Counted from the first letter of the whole stretch, positions 25,301 to 35,890 are shown. The stretch is DNA of 60,927 bases, filler included, from Hydrolagus affinis (GCA_012026655.1; 5 parts of 5 records of this genome joined end to end with filler, not necessarily neighbours in it); one strand, 5' to 3'. Notes: a model not told the origin generated them from the letters alone. Numbers and translations are program-made.

Positions 25301-26157
25301 TTTGGTACTCAATTCTTTGAGGAATGGGAAGCCAGTGAAGCTAGGCAAGCACAGAGGTGATAAGGGGAGTGGGGGTGAACGTGACTTGTATGCACAGTCG
25401 AAAAGCAAGACTTTCAGACGGGACTTGAAAAAGGGAGAGAGAGGGGGCAAGGTGGAGGCATTGAGGGAGAGTATTCCACAGTTTTGTGGCTTAGTGGCTG
25501 AAAGCGTAACCTCCAAATGTGGAGGGGAGAATGAGAGGGACGAGAAGGAGGCCAGGCTACAGAGTTTGGTCTGGGCAGAAGAATTCTGAATGAGCTGGAT
25601 GTTTTGAATAGTGGAGCTGGTGAGACCGGCGAGGAGAGCCTCTCTGCTTCTTTGTTAGGGCAAGTCCTTGAATCTAAGCTACAAAGTTACAGGATCCCAG
25701 CTACAGTAATAAGCCTCACTCTCTTTCCTTTCTCTCGCTATCTCAGGTGTGAAATTACAACTCGGAAAAAATAATAGCACAGTGACGACCACCGAAGATG
25801 ACGTGGAAATTACCTGTAAAATTAACAGTCAGATACAGAAGCAGTCACAGTTCTCAGTCACGTGGTCCTACAGCCAAGGACAGGAGCCGAACGGCAAGGG
25901 AGTAAGCCTTCTTAAAACCGATCACAATAACATCCTAACACAGTACGCAAAGCTGCAGACGGATGCCCGGAAGATGAAATTCCAGAGCGTAAAGGTTTCC
26001 GATGGAGAGTTCAAGTTGTTCATTCAGAAACCAGAGCCTAGCGACAGTGGTGTCTACTATTGTCGTGTGGACGAGTGGGTCTTAGACGCTCAGAATGAAT
26101 GGCACATTCAAGGCGGCGATTTGTCTGGATTGACGACACTTAAAGTCCAAGCACCAG
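12943..26157 (+). CDS. CD101/IGSF3-like EWI-family membrane protein; seven V-type Ig-domain exons visible; signal exon uncertain, TM/cytoplasmic exons not seen
   Basis: Exons 12943-13320, 13901-14308, 18700-19080, 19897-20280, 21330-21731, 23007-23423 and 25747-26157. All are phase 1-1, multiples of 3, AG/GT flanked and stop-free (927 codons in total). D1 LVRVEGHHITIQCDVSGYQG...YECYTPNTD..Y.GSY.A.MNL resembles IGSF3/CD101 D1; D2 has the EWI motif (QANEWIQDPD). Confidence 0.92.
13390..13690. mobile_element. hAT-type MITE
   Basis: Terminal inverted repeats cagtg(tg)gttcccaacc / ggttggtaaccactg; 8-bp TSD atgtaagc / ctgtaagc (7/8). Confidence 0.75.
13901..14308 (+). CDS. EWI-family gene Ig domain 2 exon (EWI motif)
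   Basis: VIPDTLSATSVPQTL...CEASKQTLQHTHIAVSWYL...FYCQANEWIQDPDLTWY; ttacag acceptor, GTAAGG donor. Confidence 0.93.
15731..15875 (+). mobile_element. V-SINE (HE1-like) fragment
   Basis: ctgacgtagggttgtagacccgaaacgttgactcc...gatgctgtttgacctgctgagttttcccagc matches, from memory, the V-domain SINE core of sharks and rays; related fragments near 37840-37940 and 42060-42140. Confidence 0.65.
18700..19080 (+). CDS. EWI-family gene Ig domain 3 exon
   Basis: GKEFQALIEATPANVNVGGSLEVVCRVEAQ...FSVAWF...YHCQVEE...VTVERP; tgtag acceptor, GTAAGT donor. Confidence 0.9.
19130..19693 (+). mobile_element. L2/CR1-superfamily LINE 3' fragment
   Basis: Degenerate ORF2 C-terminus (ARILTCTK..TPITPVLAKLHWL..) followed by the 3' tail. 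Confidence 0.8.
19897..20280 (+). CDS. EWI-family gene Ig domain 4 exon
   Basis: QANLNVVISKKNIQSSEGDALELTCDIQ...LSVTWQF...YTCKVVE...VNVQPL; ttacag acceptor, GTAAGA donor. Confidence 0.9.
21330..21731 (+). CDS. EWI-family gene Ig domain 5 exon
   Basis: DTSLKVIAMSRTPAVTYNDTFEIQCLIRP...VSVIWKF...FLCTAT...VKVTPP; acag acceptor, GTGAGT donor. Confidence 0.9.
22403..22711. mobile_element. hAT-type MITE
   Basis: TIRs cagtggttctcaacc / ggttgagaaccgctg; 8-bp TSD ggcgagac / gccgagat (6/8). Confidence 0.75.
23007..23423 (+). CDS. EWI-family gene Ig domain 6 exon (EWL)
   Basis: ESKLRVSK...EIECKISAQ...FDVTWLF...YQCHVEEWLSDPNNMWY...LQVLRA; cgcag acceptor, GTAACG donor. Confidence 0.92.
24990..25610 (-). 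mobile_element. L2-type LINE 3' fragment
   Basis: Minus-strand ATKPQNCGILSLNASTLPPLSPFFKSRLKVLLFDCAY-like remnant of the L2 ORF2 end and tail. Confidence 0.7.
25747..26157 (+). CDS. EWI-family gene Ig domain 7 exon (EWV)
   Basis: GVKLQLGKNN...VEITCKINSQ...FSVTWSY...YYCRVDEWVLDAQNEWH...LKVQAP; tctcag acceptor, GTAAAC donor. Confidence 0.92.
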
Positions 26158-26669
26158 GTAAACAATTCTTGTAGCCATTCCATCACAATAACATGTGATG
26201 ATCAGCCATGAATGGGATCTTATTAGGATCTTATTGAATGGCGGTGGGCAGGCTCGAGGGGCTGAATGGCCTACTCCTGCTCCTAAGTTCTTATTATTTT
26301 TCACTTCCCAGCCAATTTGAACCTACTTCAGACATGCCTCGAGTATATTTGGTTAGAACTGACCTTATAATATATCTCAACTTGGCTCCATTGGTTGCAC
26401 TCTTACTCCTGGGACTGAAGGTAGTGGGTTCAAATCTCACGTCTCTCTGTTACTCACTCTTCCTGAATCCCTTGCCTGTTCTCTCTCTTTTCCCTCGCTT
26501 CTCTTTTTGAATTCCATTCTCTTGTTTGTTTTTCTTGTTGATTCCTACTCTCCTGTGCTCTCTCTCTTTGTTCCTTTTTGAATTCCACATTCGTGATCAT
26601 TGCACACCCACCCCTTCTAACATTTCCAAGAGGGTTTGAGTTGGTAACATACTTGAAGTGGAGTGGAGG

Positions 26670-26986
26670 TGGGGAGGCTATTGCCTTTGAATCTGAAAGC
26701 TGCAGCTTCAAGCCCCATGTTGAGTGCTCGAGGCTCCAATGTCGAGTCCTGAGTATAGGCTGATGGTCTTATACAGAACTGGGTTGTCAGAGGTGCAGTC
26801 CTTCAAATGAGATGCTAAACCAAGGTCCCGTTCTGTGCCTGTTCAAGTGGACATCGAAGCCCCACTTGCAAAGAAAAGGGCGTTAAAATTGGTCGTTCAC
26901 TTCATGGCTGTTTCCCTGGGATCTCCCTGTGCGCAAATTCGCTGCCATTATTTATAATGACAAATACACAGTTATGGCACACTTCA
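26670..26986 (+). mobile_element. DeuSINE (SacSINE1/AmnSINE1-like Deu domain)
   Basis: gtcagaggtgcagtccttcaaatgagatgctaaaccaaggtcccg...caagtggacatc resembles the conserved Deu-domain core (recognised from memory). Confidence 0.65.
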
Positions 26987-27086
26987 NNNNNNNNNNNNNN
27001 NNNNNNNNNNNNNNNNNNNNNNNNNNNNNNTTAATTAATTAANNNNNNNNNNNNNNNNNNNNNNNNNNNNNNNNNNNNNNNNNNNN
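26987..27086. other. Assembly gap placeholder separating the EWI gene from the TCR V array
   Basis: 44 N + TTAATTAATTAA + 44 N. Confidence 0.97.
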
Positions 27087-27418
27087 CTCTGGGTGCAAAA
27101 TAAAAGCCAACTTCGCTCAACAGTGCCCGAAAAACCTTCACGGATTCAGTGACGAAATTAATATTATTTTTATTTATTTACATTTATGAATGATTTGCAC
27201 CAGATTAGCAATCCGCGAATTGACTAACACCTGGATTTCTAGTTACTAGTAGGATCACAGAGGCATGTGGAGAAAATAATTTTAGCTGAGGAATTGCACT
27301 GCTCAGGAATCCAATCTGGCTCTACTCTCTTATGTGGCTAGTGTTCTAACCATCGAGCAGCAGGATCCCTATGTAATACAAACTTGCTTCTCAATAACCT
27401 TGTCGATTTCATTCACAG

Positions 27419-27722
27419 GAAGCAGCCTACAGGAAATGGGGAAACAATCGATGACTGAAAGATCGATTCTAGAGGCACAAGTTGTGAAATTGTCCTGCAG
27501 CTTCAAGAAAATCAGTGATGCGAATGCTCTCTTCTGGTACAGACAAGCTACCAGCCACGCTCCTGTGTATCTATTTCGGGGAACAGCGACTAACGTTCTC
27601 AGGAACCCTGACTTCCCAGCTCGATTTTTCTCCACTGTCAATAAATCGAGTGAAGATTTCGTACTAAGGATTGGCACAGTCCTGATCAGGGACATTGCTG
27701 TGTATTACTGTGCCATGACGCC
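27419..27722 (+). CDS. TCR alpha/delta V segment A (V exon; leader presumably in the gap)
   Basis: GSSLQEMGKQSMTERSILEAQVVKLSC...LFWYRQ...IAVYYCAMTP; RSS CACACTG (27723) + 23 + ACAAAAATA (27753-27761). Paralog of V-N at 60710. Confidence 0.88.
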
Positions 27723-29102
27723 CACACTGCTGCTGTGCTATGGGGGCTCTGTACAAAAATATCAACTGGTTATTTGGCTGCTAAACCGCGAGGGGGCATT
27801 ATTGCTTCAAGAAAAATTAAGCAGCATTTGTACATGTTTAAATACAAGAATATGAGAATAAGTAGCAGTAATCGGCCACTCGGCTCCTCTAGTCCGCTCC
27901 GCCATTCAAATGGTTATAGCTGTTCTTCAAATCCTACTCCAGTTGCTCTCGCCTTATTCCCATGTCGCTTAATCCATTTGTATATTAAAAAATCTATCAA
28001 TTTCAGTCTCGAATATGCTCAAGGACTGAGTATCTATAGCGTTTTTTTGGGGGGGGCAGGTGATGGTCAAGTATTCCATAAATTCACTACCGCGTGAGTG
28101 ATGAAGTGTGTACTTATCTCTGTGCGAAAAGGCTGACCCCCTAATTTTAAATCACTGACCCCCTAGGTAACCAAGCAATAGGTAGGAAACTTATTGTTAT
28201 TGGATTGCTGAATCGCTTTACTTGGTGTAACTGTTTGTTCAGAAATAATAAATAAGAATAACAATGAGTACTTTCATCCAATTATACTGTTTGTGGTAGA
28301 CTGGTTTGCGCAATTTTCTTGCCGATTTCACCCTCAAGATATATGGGAAACTCACTCTAGAATATATCCAGTGAAGCGCTTCGAGTCCCCAAGAAGATAT
28401 GATACGGCGGAAAATCCAATGCACGTATTCCCATTGTCACGATCTTTATCGAAAATTTAGTCTTTGTATGTAGATATTACTACAGAGTCTCTTTCACTCA
28501 ATATTTCAGGAATCCTTTCTCTAATACAGATGACAAATAGTCAGAATAATACTAATCTGTGTACACAGAGTTTAGGTTAATTTAACTTGAAGGTGAGTGT
28601 CGTTCATTGACGTAGTCAGTCTTGCTCTATTTACAGGGTATTTGCCTCTGAGTCAGATGATAGTGGGTTGAAACACTAATTCATGAATTGGAACTCATAG
28701 CATTGAATGTAACCCCACAAAATTATTCCCAATAACGAGCATAATTATTTGGATATGCCTCTTGCCTGGTACGACATCATCAAACGACAAGAACATTACG
28801 TTTATAGATAGATTTTCGTGTCGCGCAGGACGTCCCAAGGAGATACTACAAACAGAGGCGGTTTCTGTCCATCATGTGGTTGGTAAACACATAATGTCAC
28901 TTTCACAGAAGAGAAGATGAAACAGATAAAACTGTTCATTTCAATTTTTTCGTCTCGGTTTCTGGGAAACTCTTGTGAACGGCAAAAAAAACACATTTTT
29001 ATCAAAAACAAAAAGTCCTAAATCAAAATTAGACCTAAAGTGACATTTCATTTAAACAGGACATTTCCGTTGATTCAAATGAATACCTTTATAAAATGAA
29101 AG

Positions 29103-29186
29103 AAAACTACATTGGTACCGTTATTTGCACGTCAGGAGTTCTCCTGAGTTCTCCTGACGTGAAAGTAACGGTACCAATGTAGTTTT
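29103..29186. repeat. Near-perfect palindrome, 36-bp arms (34/36 identity), 12-nt centre
   Basis: Left arm aaaactacattggtaccgttatttgcacgtcaggag (29103-29138) vs reverse complement of 29151-29186. Confidence 0.9.
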
Positions 29187-29546
29187 GTCCCAAGTTGCTG
29201 AATATTCTGGTATATGGGCAAGAGCTGATGGTCACATTGGTGAGGAAGGAGGGCTGGGAGAACACTTTGGTTAACAATGGTCCAGTCGAAGAGGAAGGTT
29301 TTGAGACGTGGCAATTGGATGAGGCAAGGAGAGGGGGCAAGGGGAGGCGGAGTTACTCTAAACACAATGGAAAGTGATAGGAGGATTTCTAAATGTCTCC
29401 AACAATGAACACATACAAGGTAATAACGCATGTCTAATTGTCGACTCCTCGAATGAACACATATTTATAATCGAGGCACTGACTTGTAGCTGATTGATCG
29501 TTGCATTTCGAACAATCTCTTAATCTTGAGTCGACGCCTGTTGAGA

Positions 29547-30005
29547 ATGATGCAGCATTACACTGCAATATATTTTGTTATTCATTTCTTTGTATTATTT
29601 TTGTGTAAGTGGGTTATGTGTTTGAAAACAACAGTACTTTCACGTTCCACTGCTGATTAAGTAGAAATTAGCTTTACTGATATCATTCGAATTTCTTTCA
29701 AAGATTGTTCATTTCTATTCCCCAGGTGTCTTAGCTAAACGTGAGGTGTCACAGAATCCTCAGGCACTGACAGAGAACGCAAATGGAAATGTACCTATGG
29801 AGTGCAGAACCACTGGATACGTCGAATACTTTCATTGGTACAAACAGTATGGAAATGGTTCCATCCAGTACTTGGTGATGGGAACCAGAGAGATGAAGGA
29901 AGGGCTGAGGATAAGTGCCTTGGCTGACACAAACGAGAAAAACAGCACACTATCAATCAAAGACGTGCGAGTGACAGACACCGCCACTTACTTCTGTGCA
30001 ACAAG
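29547..30005 (+). CDS. TCR alpha/delta V segment B, intact (compact family)
   Basis: Leader 29547-29604 MMQHYTAIYFVIHFFVLFLC|GTAAGT; V exon from 29726 VLAKREVSQNPQ...MEC...HWYKQY...ATYFCATS; RSS CACAGTG (30006) + 23 + ACAAAAACA (30036-30044). Confidence 0.92.
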
Positions 30006-31100
30006 CACAGTGCTCCGTGTCTCAGAGGAGCCTGTACAAAAACAGGATGAGGACCCAGTAGTTATTCGTGTAAATAACTCATCTCGCAAACAAGTAGAGC
30101 TGGGTTTCGATTCTTGGATATTGTGCGATTTTCCTTATTCCACACGCCTCTGCTAATAGTAGTAGTTTGTAGGTATCTGTTTCGCCGTTGATCGAGGGAT
30201 CGCTTTCCTGAGGGTCATATTTCTTTTTAAAAAATACAAATGTTCACTTCAATCCACGACTGTTTGTGAGACGCTGCTCTGCACACACTGCGTGCTGAAA
30301 TTATCCCAACATATCAGTTCAATTCACTTCACAGCAGAACTCTGTGAATAATGAATCAGGCACAATTTAGAATGCAAGGATTATTATTACACTAATGCAG
30401 AGCATTATGTAGGAAACCGGCTGCTAGTCGACTGGCCTTTCCTGGGGCAATATTCCAATAACAAAATGGATGACTCTCCATTACGTTTTGCTAGACAAGA
30501 CTGGCTGCCGTGTATTTTATTGAGAAAATACATGATCGCTACCCATGGAAGAGATTAGAGATGTTTTAAAGATGCGATAAAATGCTACATCAAACGCAAT
30601 AAAATTTATTGTACATCAAATTTGTATTCGTACGCTAGAAAGCATGAGATGCGTTCGTCACATGTTTATACACTGGTTAGTAAAATACGAAATAAACCAA
30701 ATTTGGCGATTAATTGTGCTAAAAAAATCTTGTGTTTTGTACGCAAAGGGCTGTAACCCAAAGCCTCTAGAGGAAATGGGGCAGGAAGGAAACTTTCAAG
30801 TTACTAGGGCAGAGACATCAGAGAAACTGGTGATGTAACGTGTCTCCTGCCCATTGGCTCTGAACCCTCTCAATGAACCATTTCAGCACTTTACCCTAAT
30901 AATCGAAATGAACCAATAGGGGAGCAACTTGGAAGAACAGAGTGAATGATGCAAAGTGACAGAGACATAAGTGCTGTGAATAACCTTCAGACCTGCTCAG
31001 TAAACTCTGTATGCCATATCTTGTTCTGCCCTCCATACCGCATCTATCTGTCTCCCAGCCAACGGTGTGAACACCACCATCAACGCTCCCTCGACACCAC

Positions 31101-31955
31101 ATGCCACAAAACACACATATCGCAATATATATTTGCCTGGCAGCAGCCATTGTTATCTTCGTAGGTAAGCCGCAAACGTACATCAATATATTCCTGCACA
31201 TATTACCCAATGCGTATTTTTTCTTATTCCATGAATTACCCAATAAACTACAGGACTTGACAAGCGGTAGCGTCATGTAACTCAGTGGGTAAGGAGGGCG
31301 AATCTACAGGCAAGTTTACTTGCGGCACACACGCGTCCATGTTTGAGTAGTTTTAGATATGAACCCTACTGTAGGTAAACTTACTGATCGCGTCTCCGAA
31401 GCATTGAATTCCAAAAATTTAATCGTATATAAATCAATCAATTAACTAGTGTTTTGGGGAAACTGATACATGCAATTGGTTATGTCGTTCTTCCCAGAAA
31501 ATGTGCTAAATTAATTTTCTGTGAAGCGCTTTGTGCTGTCGCAGATACGGGCAAAGGCGCTTTAGTAAATGAAAGAATTACTAACATCAATATTTTTGTG
31601 ATTATTATTATTCACATTATTATTATTTATTTATCTTGTTTCTAGGACATTGTGAAGGCGACGCTGTGACACAGCTCCTATATATTATGACAGCAAATGT
31701 AGGGGAGGATGCAATATTGCAGTGTAATTATACAGCTACAAGTGACATCGGAATGTATCTGTACTGGTACCGTCACTATCCCAACTCAGCTCCAGAATAT
31801 ATCATCAGCACATCCACCAGCAACAGACCACAATATGCAGACTTTGCCAAAGGACATTTCTCAGCATCAGTGGATAAAGTGGGGAGAACCGTGCCATTAA
31901 ATATATCCCAAGTGAGAGTCACAGACTCGGCGGTGTATTACTGTGCACTGAACCC
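31101..31955 (+). CDS. TCR alpha/delta V segment C, intact (GDSVTQ/RHYP family)
   Basis: Leader 31101-31164 MPQNTHIAIYICLAAAIVIFVG|GTAAGC; V exon from 31646 HCEGDAVTQ...LQCNYT...WYRHYP...AVYYCALNP; RSS CACAGAG (31956) + 23 + ACAAAAACT (31986-31994). Confidence 0.9.
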
Positions 31956-33674
31956 CACAGAGACACAGATCAGCGGTACCGCACTACAAAAACTAGCATG
32001 TGGAGTCCTGTAGCTCAGTGGTTACAGCACTCGCCTCACAGGCAAGATACAAGGGTTTGAATTCACGGCTGAGCTAAATGTGGGCAAGTTTCCTTACTCC
32101 ATGCATATGTAGCTGTTTACATGGCAGTAAGTCGGAATTATGTTGTTAGCGGATTAGTGATTCGCTATTCCGGGTGTAAGAATTCCTTCAGAATATTGAT
32201 GATATTAATAAATTTGTCATTCAATCCAATGGAATCTCTGATGTGCAAACTTGGCTTTCGCGTTTCACACACACAATAAGATGTCAAAGTAGAGTACATT
32301 TTACAGTACCTTCTGTAAAGCGCTTCATTGCACCTTTAAGATATGATATCGCGATCTATCAAAGGCAAGGAATATTGATATTTTTATTAAACACGGCATT
32401 GTCACAGAGATAGCCTCAACGTTCTTGCCTTGTGGGGAGACGTTTTACCATATATATGTTTTTCTGTGCTGTTCTAGTCGATTGTTGAACATTTCAAAAA
32501 GTAAATAAATCAATAACTTACGTTTATAAAGCGCCATTCAGACAGGGAATGTTGAGTGTGGCTGGAAACGATTTACGATGAAATGTCTCGAATTGTGCAC
32601 GTTCTGTACCTGCAATCCAGCAGCAGATGGCGCACTAAGCACATACAGTATCTAACATGAGGTGCAACGGACGTAACTTGCCTCATTCCTTTCTGTAGCT
32701 AACTTCCTTGTGAACTAAAGCAGGTGCTTCCTGTTACAGTTAATGTTGGAGCTTCATACACACTATAGCCTCTGCAGCTGAAACGTGCTAATATTTGTTT
32801 GCTTAAATATGAATCATGATATTGTTGTTCCAGAATCAATTGGTGTAACACGTTTTCTATCTTATTGCCTTTCCCCAAAAATAATCAGCCTCTATTGAGT
32901 GGCTCTCACTCTGGTATTAAACATGTTAGGTTTTCTCAATGCCTATATGGGCACTTTCTTTCGTTAAAGTGGGGAAGTGAAAAAAATTGTATCAGTTTAA
33001 TTATAATTTGCAGAAATAAAGCTATTTCGTATTTTGGCCTTCCTATCTTGGATGCAGCTACAAACAGGACTGCAAAGTGATAAAAGTTATAACAATTCTT
33101 GCCTAGTACAACACCCCTTGATGGAGGAGTTGTTAATAAAGCGTTCAGTATGAATTAATTTAAAAATAAATGACTGCATTTTCAACACAAATCAAATAGG
33201 CAGTTTGAAAACAGCAACTCGCCCACGAATATACAATGAACCGAATTGTGGCTGTATCTGAGTTTTCTTCATAACGAACCCCTGATACAGAGTCGTGAAT
33301 TAGAATTTCAGTCTAGACTATCATCTCAATGTACCGTCTTGAACCTTGAACAAAAATCTTTCTGACTCATTAAATATAGTAACAGCAACAGAGGTAGGTT
33401 GTCATATCAGCCTTGAATTTATACAGTTAACCTTTGTTTGTGGGTGAAACATGTATCTATTCCCTCCGTTCTAGCCCGGATCCACATGTAGCCAATAAGC
33501 AGGTGATTAAGGCCTGGATACTCTGATTGGTGTGAAACGCCTACAATTTTATGGATTAACTCACTGCCTGAACACAGCAGATCAGCCGCTGCCTCACTAC
33601 TTGTAACTGAAGCAGCCAAACAGACACATACAAAGGAAGAGATTCCACTATCTGCCCTCACCTCTGCAGCCAGC

Positions 33675-34543
33675 ATGACAGGTCACTGTCAGTTACTGAT
33701 AACAATCCTCACCATAGCCAGTAAGTATGTGTGGACATGCCTAGTGCATGTGATTTGGTATTGCAAGATGTGAAAAGCACTATAACAAATGCCAGTAGTA
33801 GTATTATTACTCTACAATGTCGGTAGTGTAGCGTTTAGAGCACTGTATTCCCATTGAAATAATGAATACCTTAGTTTGATTCACGGCTTTACAAGTCGCT
33901 TTACACCACACACACGCCTTTGTGAGTCTAGCAGTAATTAGGAAGCGAATCGCTTTGCAGTTCTGATCATTCCCACCAAAAAAATTACTTGCACTAAGAA
34001 TAATTTTAATTTTCACTCTATGACTGTGTGTGCGACACTGCTTTGTTCATTTAGCTGCCGCATTTCGCCTGCAAAGAATGGAGGCAATTCATTTGATATT
34101 ATATTCTGTGGGTGTTTTATATGCATGTTTTTTATAACGTCTGATTGATGCGAAAATTCTCGAAATCTAACGCAATAATCATTAGTATTATTCTAAATGC
34201 AAATTAATCTTTGCCCTGTGTAAACTATGTTGTTTTGTATTGCAGAAGTTACGTGTAAAGACGTAATATTCCAATATCCTCCTGCGATAAAGGAGTTTCA
34301 AGGACAAGGCGTGAGAATAAACTGCAATTATCCCACAATCGACACTGCCTTCTGGTACAGGCAATATCCCAGTGGAGCTCTGCAGTACCTGCTAAGGATA
34401 TTTAGCTCAGGAACGGTAGACAAATCTCCTGGTACTCCCGACCGCTTCACTGCCAAGCTGGACAAGGAGAATAAAGTATTCAATTTGCAAATACTCAGGG
34501 CTGTTGTGGGTGACGGCGCCGTGTATTACTGTGCCCTGGAGCC
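33675..34543 (+). CDS. TCR alpha/delta V segment D, intact
   Basis: Leader 33675-33720 MTGHCQLLITILTIA|GTAAGT; V exon from 34246 VTCKDVIFQYPP...INCNYP...FWYRQYP...AVYYCALEP; RSS CACACTG (34544) + 23 + ACAAAAACT (34574-34582). Confidence 0.93.
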
Positions 34544-34734
34544 CACACTGTGACAGGAGGCCAGATACGCTGAACAAAAACTCAGCAGAGAATCGTGACT
34601 TCCTCTCACACATTCAACATCTTGCTGCCAACACACTGAGGTGGCTACACTATTATAACAGGGAGGGCGGTGAACAGAGGCTGTGGAGGCCTGTAGTGCA
34701 GAAGTTGGTGTATTCGCTTTAATAACAATAATCA

Positions 34735-35052
34735 TTGCATTTGATATAGCGCTTTTCACATCTTATCGACATCCCAAAACGCGTCACAGAATAAACTGTT
34801 AAAGTGAATTGACTGTATATTTGTGGGCGAATCGCGGCAGCCAATTGTGCACAGCAGTGTCCCTCACACAATCATGGATTGAAATGACCAATTTTATTTC
34901 TGTGGTTTTTTCGGAGGGATTATTATTAGACGTGTGGAGTAAGGAAACTTGCCCAAGGTTTAGCCCTGACTTGCCTGGATTCGAAAACAGGTCTCCCCAG
35001 CTTGGTCTCCCCAGCTTGGAAGACAAGTTCTGTAACCACTAGGCCACAGTAG
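34735..35052 (-). mobile_element. tRNA-derived SINE, same subfamily as 11600-11997
   Basis: Near-identical body; shares the 14-nt tandem duplication ggtctccccagctt. Confidence 0.85.
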
Positions 35053-35494
35053 CTCACACCTTGCTCACTATTGGACCTGGGTTTGACAACCAGGCGTTGG
35101 GAATCCTTAAGCAAGTTTCCATTATCTGGACGCACATACCTCTTCATCTCGCATTTGCTCGGAAACTGATTGTTATTCCATGGGTGGATCGCTTTCGTTT
35201 ATAATCCATTAAATAAATATAATAATAGAAAGGCAATCACTCTATCCACGTATGTATGTGGGACACTGCTCTGCTCAATAGCCTGCCAGTGTTTTTTTCC
35301 ACTGAGACACACACTGTCAAGACACATTAGAGTATAATCTGTGAATCACTTGAGAGTTGCGAAAAATGTCGCTTCATCAAATTCAAAGATATATTTTAAA
35401 CGATTGTTGCAGTACCATATAATAGTAATCAAAGATCCTTTATATTTCCTCTTGCAAGTAATACATTCAAACATGGCTTACGTGCTGTGTAAGT

Positions 35495-35890
35495 AACTCC
35501 AATTCAAGATCCTGTTTCTCACATTCAAAGCCCTCCAAAACCTCGCCCCAACCTACATCCGTGATATCCTGTCCCTTTACCAACCTGCCCGACGCCTCCG
35601 TTCACCAGTCTCTGGCCTACTTCATCACCCACGATCTACCCGCCCAACCTTTGGTTGGCGAGAATTTAATCACTCTACCCCCAAACTCTGGAATTCCATC
35701 CCCAAATCCCTCCGCCTCGCACCAGCAGCGGCCTGCTTCAATTCTCGCCTCAAGACTCATCACTTTGCTGTACCCATCGGCAACTCCTCCCCCACTTCCC
35801 GCGGCCCCCACCCCTCAACCGACCTCAGCTCGGGTATGAATGAATAACCGTCCAGCGCCTTGGGATGTCCTCCTGACGTGAAAGACGCTA
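35495..35890 (+). mobile_element. L2-type LINE 3' fragment
   Basis: ttcaagatcctgtttctcacattcaaagccctcc...ctctggaattccatcccc...cagcgccttgggatgtcc tail. Confidence 0.7.

Noticed and set aside
27087-27418. V-A and V-N as leaderless NAR-TCR supporting V-delta segments, or intronless leader-V ORFs (27334 ORF; ATG at 60634)
   Set aside because: The upstream sequence is a minus-strand SINE in the intron. V-N has a normal leader at 60150-60213 and the V-A leader falls in the gap; there is no CDR1 Cys and no upstream NAR V-D-J.
29726-30005. Compact family as VNAR-like domains lacking CDR2
   Set aside because: The Trp-to-D-strand Arg interval is about 23 residues versus about 17 in VNAR; the shortening is spread over CDR1 and HV4, and leader and RSS are TCR-like.
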